Assembly: GCA_027592135.1 (NCBI GenBank)
Contig: JAQCIJ010000002.1
Span: forward strand, 1-63,950
DNA from: a bacterium
GTDB lineage: Bacteria; Patescibacteriota; Gracilibacteria; Peribacterales; Peribacteraceae
DNA length: 63,950 bases
Reading direction: 5' to 3'
The notes under the pieces are model-generated. The model made no database searches. It was given only the letters and a program-made list of their open reading frames with translations, and was not told the DNA's origin. The position numbers were made by a program, and so were the translations under genes. Position 1 is the stretch's first letter; every line of letters starts with the position of its first letter. Shown one piece after another: positions 55,438 to 62,274 of the stretch.

Positions 55438-56601
55438 TTACCTCGGTGGTTCTAATATTCTCTTCATCCTCTTCTTCCAGCTATGATTTTTTACCATTGC
55501 AAGTCCTGCACTCGCACGCTCTTTGGCTTTTTTTGGATGATCAATAACATCACGAATACCACCTGCAAGGGAAGACACACTCCCCGCATGCACAAAACGA
55601 ACAACGTCCTTTGTCATCACATCGCGAACAGGTGGAATATCTGCACACACCACAGGAGTTCCAGAGGCTAAATACTCAAAGAGTTTTAACGGCGAAGTAT
55701 CACGCTTAAAATACTGATGCTTTGGCACAGGCGATGGATATATACAGATATCGCACGCAGCCATTGCATCAGGGACAAGCTTTGGTCGCACCGGTCCATG
55801 AAACAAGAAGTCATGATCGGTCAGCTGGTTTTCTAAAGCAAGCTTACGATAACGCTGTATCCAATGATCTGGTCCTCCTACAACAAATAAAAACACCTTT
55901 GGATAGTGTTGCTTTAAAGACGGCATCGCTTTGATAAGTATATCTACCCCCTTCTCTACTTTATCCATCGTTACCAACGAACCGACATATCCAATAATCA
56001 ATCGATCTTCTGGGAGTCCAAAGTGGTGCTTTGCTTTTTTTGTAGTGGGAAGTTTTGCAAAACGCTCAAGGTCTACAGCGTCCCCTTCTACAATAATTTT
56101 CTTCTGAGAGACACCCCACGATACAAGCTCATCTCGCATAGGAGTCGTAAGACACACGATATGTTTGCATTGTTTGCAATAGGCTACAAATGCTCTCCGT
56201 CCTCGCTTTGGCAAAGTATGCAGCTCAAGTACTACAGGAATCTTTGTAGAGAGCAAAGCAGGCAACACCTGAGGGCTACGCGCATACAGAAGATCAAACC
56301 GATTATCGAAAAAATATTTCTTAAGAGATCCACGATACGATTTCATCGTAAATAAAAACGCAAAACGACCTGGGATAATCTTTGACTGGAACGCATCAAA
56401 TGTTTCTAACTTTTCTGCAGTGAATTCTTTCTTTAAGTGATAATACTTCACATGGTGATGATCAATTACATTCAAAATATCTGGAGAGACCATGGTAACA
56501 TCATGCCCAAGAGTTACCATTGCTTCAGCGACACGCGCAATCTGATGTCCGTGGGCTTTCTCTGTTGGAAACCGTGTATGGGTAACGTAGGCTATCTTCA
56601 T
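55438..56601 (-). CDS. Glycosyltransferase family 4 (GT-B)
   Basis: MKIAYVTHTRFPTEKAHGHQI, and a C-terminal E-x7-E-like region (PLKLFEYLASGTPVV). Confidence 0.85.
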   Translation of the reverse strand: MKIAYVTHTRFPTEKAHGHQIARVAEAMVTLGHDVTMVSPDILNVIDHHHVKYYHLKKEFTAEKLETFDAFQSKIIPGRFAFLFTMKSYRGSLKKYFFDNRFDLLYARSPQVLPALLSTKIPVVLELHTLPKRGRRAFVAYCKQCKHIVCLTTPMRDELVSWGVSQKKIIVEGDAVDLERFAKLPTTKKAKHHFGLPEDRLIIGYVGSLVTMDKVEKGVDILIKAMPSLKQHYPKVFLFVVGGPDHWIQRYRKLALENQLTDHDFLFHGPVRPKLVPDAMAACDICIYPSPVPKHQYFKRDTSPLKLFEYLASGTPVVCADIPPVRDVMTKDVVRFVHAGSVSSLAGGIRDVIDHPKKAKERASAGLAMVKNHSWKKRMKRILEPPR

Positions 56602-56615
56602 AGCAGCATAGTATC

Positions 56616-57620
56616 ATGAAAAAACCCGTTCTCCTCACCTTCGGCTTTCCTAACCCTAAATCACCCAGATATCGCAATCTAGTAGCTTTATATGAATCTG
56701 AAGGCTACGAGATCGTAGAATGCCTAACGACAAAGAAAGGTTTTATAAAAAAGAATATCGACCTCTATAAGCAATATAAGCATGTATCCACTATCCACTA
56801 CTTGCCGGCCATAGCCTTGGCGTCGGCTGGTCCACTATCCACTCTGTTAGTAAACTTCCCCGGCTACTACCTTATGCCATTGGCATGGATACTAACGAGA
56901 CATCCAAGGAAGCAACTGATCTTTGATGCATTTATCTCTATTTCCGACACACTGGTTTCGGATCGTAAACTCATCAGCTGGTTAAACCCGCTTGCATGGT
57001 TTTACTACGCCGCTGATGTCATCTCGACACATCTTGCAGACGAAGTACTTATAGACACGCAGGCGCACAAGAAATTCTTTCTCAAGAGATTTTTCTTAAG
57101 AAGTAAAAATGTCCGCGTGGTCTATGTCGGAACACTCGACGACCTGTTTCACCCAGGCCCAAAAGAAGACAGGCTCCCCGCAGGTAAATTCAATGCACTG
57201 TTTATTGGAAGTTACATTCCTCTACAAGGGATCGAGTATATTTTAGGTGCTGCAAAGATCTTGCACGACCAACCAGATATTCATTTTACACTGATAGGAA
57301 ACGGGCAAACGTATGACGAAATGACGATACTCGCAGAGAAACTTGAACTGATAAATGTCACGTTCCTCGACTGTATGCCCCTAGAGGAACTACCACACTA
57401 TCTTCGTTCGAGTGACGTCGCTCTGGGTATCTTTGGAACATCAGACAAGGCAAACCGTGTTATTCCACACAAAGTGTATGACGCCATTGGCTGTGGAGTT
57501 CCTGTAATCACAGCACAAAATCTCGCCATCGGTGAAAAGTTCACGAACGGCAAAGAAGTATTTCTCTGTGAGACTGGCAACGCGCAATCGCTTGCGGATG
57601 CAATACTCAATATGCAATGA
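56616..57620 (+). CDS. Glycosyltransferase (GT-B, family 1/4-like) carrying an in-frame repeat-element insertion
   Basis: C-terminal GT1 motif (IPHKVYDAIGCGVPVI). The N-terminal part contains STIHYLPAIALASAGPLSTLL, encoded by the TATCCAC-flanked element. Confidence 0.75.
   Translation: MKKPVLLTFGFPNPKSPRYRNLVALYESEGYEIVECLTTKKGFIKKNIDLYKQYKHVSTIHYLPAIALASAGPLSTLLVNFPGYYLMPLAWILTRHPRKQLIFDAFISISDTLVSDRKLISWLNPLAWFYYAADVISTHLADEVLIDTQAHKKFFLKRFFLRSKNVRVVYVGTLDDLFHPGPKEDRLPAGKFNALFIGSYIPLQGIEYILGAAKILHDQPDIHFTLIGNGQTYDEMTILAEKLELINVTFLDCMPLEELPHYLRSSDVALGIFGTSDKANRVIPHKVYDAIGCGVPVITAQNLAIGEKFTNGKEVFLCETGNAQSLADAILNMQ
56785..56845 (+). repeat. Small TATCCAC-flanked element, copy B (inside a GT ORF)
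   Basis: Reads tatccactatccacta...ttggcgtcggctggtccactat ccactc. The 22-mer at 56817-56838 is identical to the reverse complement of 149-170. Confidence 0.85.
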
Positions 57621-57691
57621 AAGATTGCTTGATGCCTTAAGGGTATCTCATGCAAAACTAACTAGACTAACGTTGCTATTAGCAGCCTATG

Positions 57692-58720
57692 CTAAAGAAC
57701 ATTTTCAACCATATGCCCAAAAAAACTATCCACCCGTAAATACTTCTCAAAAGCCTCTCGTCCTCTCTTTTGCATGGCAACAAATTCTTCATCAGATATA
57801 GAAGCGTAATGATCTTCCACAATACGGTCGAGATGATAGATATCCCAATACGGCACACGAACAATAAACCTGCTGTAATCGATAACATCTTCTAGTGGCA
57901 GCACACACTCGGTATCCAGAAGTACTGGGATACGGCCAAGACTGAGTGCTTCGTAAAACCGGTAGCTGTAGTTTCCATCGCCTTTAATAATCAGTGCGTA
58001 ATCAGACCCCAGTAAGTTATCGATATACTCGCGACGTGTTTGCTCTGGATCTGTTTTAATCGTAGAAGTATGTCCACTATAACTACTACGGATAATAAAG
58101 TTCGGATCTATAGCAGTAGATTGCTGTAGATGCTTTATCGCCTTCATCCGGTAGGTGATTCCTTTGATGCGAGCCTCTCTGCGAATACCCACAATGCTTG
58201 ATGCTTCAATCAGGCTATTTTTAATAACAGTGCCGATGTGATTCTTTAGATTTTTATAATCTGCCCATCCGCAAAATCCAATAACAGGCTTACCTGCGTG
58301 CTTATTACGCAACTGCAATTCTCCTTCTAAGAGATCTTCTGCGTATGCTGGCATCATCACTTCGTTCTTCTGAAGAGCAGATCTGTATTGGCTAGTTCTA
58401 AAGACTATGGCATTCTCGTCAGCTACAGGGGCATCACCATCACCATGCCAGAAGATTATCAGTTGCTTACCGTGTTTTTTGGCTAGTTCTCCTTGCGCAA
58501 TACTGTACGATTTTTGTGATGTAAGAGAACTGTAGTTATGTGGCAGCAAAATATAATCCGCTTCCTCAGGAGTATCCACGATATTCACCATTGGCTCCTT
58601 AAGATTCTCAAATGCCTTATTCAGAAACATAATCGTACTACTCTTCTGCACTCCTAAATTGGGGTACAACAGAGGTATATACGGCATGTCCGGTAATAAC
58701 TCGTAATAGACAGAAATCAT
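57692..58720 (-). CDS. Exostosin (GT47)-like glycosyltransferase family protein
   Basis: ADYILLPHN, CGWA, and KGDGNYSYRFYEALSLGRIPVLLDTECVLPLEDVIDYSRFIV. The start is uncertain: the longest ORF reaches 58753 but would overlap the divergent gene start. Confidence 0.65.
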   Translation of the reverse strand: MISVYYELLPDMPYIPLLYPNLGVQKSSTIMFLNKAFENLKEPMVNIVDTPEEADYILLPHNYSSLTSQKSYSIAQGELAKKHGKQLIIFWHGDGDAPVADENAIVFRTSQYRSALQKNEVMMPAYAEDLLEGELQLRNKHAGKPVIGFCGWADYKNLKNHIGTVIKNSLIEASSIVGIRREARIKGITYRMKAIKHLQQSTAIDPNFIIRSSYSGHTSTIKTDPEQTRREYIDNLLGSDYALIIKGDGNYSYRFYEALSLGRIPVLLDTECVLPLEDVIDYSRFIVRVPYWDIYHLDRIVEDHYASISDEEFVAMQKRGREAFEKYLRVDSFFGHMVENVL

Positions 58721-58745
58721 TACAAGATAGTGTACACTAGCAGCC

Positions 58746-59387
58746 ATGCTCAAAAGCTTTATTGACCAGCATTATCGACACATCCGAAAGTTCCGATTCT
58801 TGTACGGATGGGCAAAAGACCGTCATTCTCGCAGCCAGTGTTCTGCACGGGTTGAGCAGTGGAAAGCAAAAAACTTTGTCGGTGCCAAGCTGGATGTCTG
58901 TGGAGGACGCAATCCTCTTAATCCAAAAGAGTTCCTCAATGTCGATGCCGTCGCGCTTCCACAAGTGGATCTAGTGTTTGATATTACCGAGAAGTTTCCG
59001 ATGAGCGACGGTGTGATTGCAGAGGTCTTCTCTGCGGCAACACTCGAACACTTACGAGAAGTGCATAACGTGCATGTGCTCAAAGAGTTCTATCGCATAA
59101 TGCAGCCAGGAGCCAGAGTGCGCATTTGCACACCAGACATCGAAGCAATTGCCAAAGGAATACTGGATGGAGAAGACCTGCAGTACATCAATCAACACCT
59201 ATTTGGTAAATACAAATCAAACCAAACAGAAGACTACGACTTGCATAAATGGATGTACCCAGTAGACAAGCTAATGGAAGTGCTTCGCGAAATCGGTTTT
59301 ACCGATACCAAGCGTATACCCCTAGAAGAAGTAGGATTGCATGATCCTAAATATAATTTTCTCGTCAGCGCTATAAAGCCTCGTTAA
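58746..59387 (+). CDS. Class I SAM-dependent methyltransferase
   Basis: GAKLDVCGGRNP (motif I-like), VFSAATLEHL, and PGARVRICTPD. Confidence 0.65.
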   Translation: MLKSFIDQHYRHIRKFRFLYGWAKDRHSRSQCSARVEQWKAKNFVGAKLDVCGGRNPLNPKEFLNVDAVALPQVDLVFDITEKFPMSDGVIAEVFSAATLEHLREVHNVHVLKEFYRIMQPGARVRICTPDIEAIAKGILDGEDLQYINQHLFGKYKSNQTEDYDLHKWMYPVDKLMEVLREIGFTDTKRIPLEEVGLHDPKYNFLVSAIKPR

Positions 59388-61092
59388 TCTTATAGAGCAC
59401 CCACGTATCTCCGGATGCAACTTCTGTAAGATCCATATGCAATCGATCGATATTCCAATTGGGCTCGTTCGTCTTATTCCAAAAAATATGACTAATCTCA
59501 TAAGTACGTATTGATATATTTGGATCAAGATCCAGCTCTCTACAAGCAGCAAATACCATAGCCTCCTCTTTCTGCCTCAAATCACCACCAAAAGCAGAAA
59601 CAGCATCAGGATAAACCAAATGTCCCCTCTCGGAGATCAGGCGATTATCCGGCCGTAACGGGAGTTGCGTAAGACAAAAACGACTAGCAAGCTCTTGATG
59701 CGACATCAAAACATTCTTTAAATATATGGAATACACAATATCGTGATGGGTGTTTGATGCTAATAATGCCTCTGTTGCTGGGTCCGAAAGGATACGCCCA
59801 CGAGGAAGTGCATCAAGCACTGGCAGTGCACTTGCTAGATGTTGATCTCTAAATCTACTATCCGATACCGTCCATTGCTTTAAAACAAACCTGCCATCAA
59901 ACCCTATTGCAGCCAGATACACACAGGCAGCAATTGCGCCAAGACTCAGCCAACGACTCCGCAATGTAAGGTATAAAAGCACCATACCCACTGCTGCAGT
60001 TGCGATCGAAAGAATACCATGCGACACAAAGTTAAATGTAATACCATGCACCGACTGCTGGTTCATGTAGACAAACGCAGTAAGAATCATTACACAAATA
60101 GAGCGATAGGGTCGCAAGCGTTCATACTCTTTGAAGTTCGTCATCAGCACCGAAATAATCATCGTAAAAAATATAATAGAATACGGCCAAGACTCTGGAG
60201 TTCTTCCCTCATGCATTCCACTACGAAACGATCCATATTCATAGAGAGGGTGCAATGTCAGATTCACTAAATGTGCAATTGCAGGTAATCCACATGCAAG
60301 ACCAAACAACCCGACGATAGCAATTACATGCCAACGCTGTGGTTTCCATGATGGCCTGCGCGGACGTACATGCCAAACTACTGCACCAATTGTATGAAGC
60401 AAACGTCGTACCTTTGAATGCGCAAGCTTCTGATGCTCTTGCCACTTGCCATACGCCCATTCAAAAAACTCCCAAGCAAAAAATATTGCCCAATACGCCC
60501 ACGCAAACGTAAAACTCCAAAGATAAACGCCAATCAAAAGCCCAAGAAGCCAACCACCGAGCACAGCTCCCCACCAACGTCCTCGCAAAGCATAGAGAAT
60601 ACCGATAAGTGACCATAGCATAATAAAGAAACTCGCACGCATATGAATAGGCCGTCCTAAGCTGTAGAGCTCTATAAGACAGAAAGCTATAGCACCACCA
60701 AGTGCTGCACGCCGAGAAAATCCTGAAAGATGAAAAAATAACACCAACGAAAGGAATATAAGAACAGGAACAACACCATCCATAACATCCAACACCGTAC
60801 CCGCTCGCCATCCTGTCCATCGAAATAGTCTTCCATACCAAGACTCAATAAATGCTACCTGTGTCCCTACTAAATTTGGATGACCAGTAAAGGCTTCTGC
60901 TGCAAGCTCTGGTCTACCAGAAAGAGACTCTTGCACACGAGCTAAGTAGATAGGTTCATCAGAATTTAACTGTATAGAAATGCCCTGGTATAGCGGACTG
61001 CTCTTGTGAAGAATTTGTGGCATCAGCATGAGAACAGCAAGGACTATGCAGCATGCTGCCAGTGTCAGCCTCCATTTGAGCGTATCAGACAT
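59371..61092 (-). CDS. Large polytopic membrane protein, possible GT-C-type glycosyltransferase/polymerase
   Basis: 573 aa with at least 10 hydrophobic helices, followed by a soluble C-terminal domain of about 170 aa. It lies in a glycan-cluster context. Confidence 0.5.
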   Translation of the reverse strand: MSDTLKWRLTLAACCIVLAVLMLMPQILHKSSPLYQGISIQLNSDEPIYLARVQESLSGRPELAAEAFTGHPNLVGTQVAFIESWYGRLFRWTGWRAGTVLDVMDGVVPVLIFLSLVLFFHLSGFSRRAALGGAIAFCLIELYSLGRPIHMRASFFIMLWSLIGILYALRGRWWGAVLGGWLLGLLIGVYLWSFTFAWAYWAIFFAWEFFEWAYGKWQEHQKLAHSKVRRLLHTIGAVVWHVRPRRPSWKPQRWHVIAIVGLFGLACGLPAIAHLVNLTLHPLYEYGSFRSGMHEGRTPESWPYSIIFFTMIISVLMTNFKEYERLRPYRSICVMILTAFVYMNQQSVHGITFNFVSHGILSIATAAVGMVLLYLTLRSRWLSLGAIAACVYLAAIGFDGRFVLKQWTVSDSRFRDQHLASALPVLDALPRGRILSDPATEALLASNTHHDIVYSIYLKNVLMSHQELASRFCLTQLPLRPDNRLISERGHLVYPDAVSAFGGDLRQKEEAMVFAACRELDLDPNISIRTYEISHIFWNKTNEPNWNIDRLHMDLTEVASGDTWVLYKINEAL

Positions 61093-61109
61093 AACCCTAT
61101 TGTATACGG

Positions 61110-61158
61110 GAAATCAAGGAAATCGAAGAAATCAAGGATCCTTGATTTCCTTGATTGC
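61110..61158. repeat. Nonamer array forming a long palindrome centred on GGATCC
   Basis: Reads gaaatcaag gaaatcgaa gaaatcaag gatc cttgatttc cttgattgc. The core at 61128-61149 is a perfect 22-bp palindrome. It lies in a divergent spacer. Confidence 0.9.
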
Positions 61159-61191
61159 ATAGATTTCCTCATCCACTATGATTCATGAGTC

Positions 61192-62223
61192 ATGAAACGA
61201 ACATATTACGAACTCCTCCCCTACGTCTTCAAGAGGTTCTCTCTCCTCAGAACTCTACGCACAGGCGCGCCTACTCTTGCGTATTGGGCAACCAGAAAGC
61301 CACTTCCAGCTAGCGAGAAGCCTGCCCTGTTTACCATGAATATCATGCCGCCGATGATGACGGTGTGGTATCACCTTGTACAAAAAAATCTTGGAGATAC
61401 GGTAGATGTCACCATTTTTGATTGCTCAGGAACACTAAAGAAGTCTGATTTTCCAAAAGCGCGTGTACAGAAATATATTAACGTCTATGCCGCGACCAAG
61501 TCTGATGAATTTCTCTACCACATTGCAAAGCAAAGAAAAATTGGATGGGTGTGTGATGACGACATGTTTATTCTCAGTAATACATGTCTCGATGTTATTA
61601 ATGATACTTTCAAAGATCCCAATACAGCATCACTAAGCTTTCGCCCACGCAACTGGTGGCACTTCGCTATCGACGGTAAAGAGTATGAGCCAAGTAGTAG
61701 CTACAGCATTGTGATCAACCGAGATATCTACTGTGACAAAGAAAAACTCTCACTATCTCCATGCAATGGAAACAACCATGCAGTCTCGCATATCGGTAAA
61801 GAGGTAAAACGTTACGACACGTTCGACCACGCTAACGAGCAACTCATTCGTAAAGGGTATACCTGTGCAATAGTCCCAGAAGATAAACGTAACAAACTTG
61901 TAACGGGATTCTCTGGAGTATCGAGTGCTGTCATGCTGCTGTGGTACTTCCGTAACGTCAAACAGACAATGGAATACCTCGAAGGGCCAGAAGACAGATC
62001 ATGGGCAGGAAACACCATGTTCACCATTCTCTCTGGGCTTCGTGCAGTAAGCTACATGCAACAAATGCACGAGCAGATTACCGGAGAACCCTACGTCATT
62101 CGATCTATGCCGAGCTGGGATACATTAGAAGCATTGAAAGAAAAAAAGATGCCGCTGATTCGCAGTGATCAGTCGTTTGAGAAGGTAGATGAGGTGGCTA
62201 AAGTTATTAGAAATGCCTTGTAG
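61192..62223 (+). CDS. Hypothetical protein, possible GT-A-like glycosyltransferase
   Basis: 343 aa. VTIFDCSG...WVCDDDMFIL (a DxD-like motif), and the gene context. Confidence 0.4.
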   Translation: MKRTYYELLPYVFKRFSLLRTLRTGAPTLAYWATRKPLPASEKPALFTMNIMPPMMTVWYHLVQKNLGDTVDVTIFDCSGTLKKSDFPKARVQKYINVYAATKSDEFLYHIAKQRKIGWVCDDDMFILSNTCLDVINDTFKDPNTASLSFRPRNWWHFAIDGKEYEPSSSYSIVINRDIYCDKEKLSLSPCNGNNHAVSHIGKEVKRYDTFDHANEQLIRKGYTCAIVPEDKRNKLVTGFSGVSSAVMLLWYFRNVKQTMEYLEGPEDRSWAGNTMFTILSGLRAVSYMQQMHEQITGEPYVIRSMPSWDTLEALKEKKMPLIRSDQSFEKVDEVAKVIRNAL

Positions 62224-62240
62224 GTTGCATATTTAGGTAT

Positions 62241-62268
62241 TTGCTGATATAAATTTTAGTGTTATAAT
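62241..62268 (+). promoter_or_regulatory. Candidate promoter with an extended -10, predicting a near-leaderless transcript
   Basis: TTGCTG (62241-62246), a 16-nt spacer, then TGtTATAAT (62260-62268). The ATG at 62275 lies 7 nt after the -10 element. Confidence 0.4.
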
Positions 62269-62274
62269 ATACTA

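Noticed and set aside
58687-58753. The longest-ORF start (58753) for the exostosin-like gene
   Set aside because: It would overlap the divergent methyltransferase start at 58746. An internal Met (58720 or 58687) is more plausible, so the start remains uncertain.
6489-61158. Short tandem arrays as miniature CRISPR arrays or as rho-independent terminators
   Set aside because: The units are only 7-9 nt and directly adjacent, with no spacers, so they are not CRISPR. Most arrays contain no inverted repeat or trailing T-run, and many sit upstream of starts or inside ORFs, so a terminator role does not fit.
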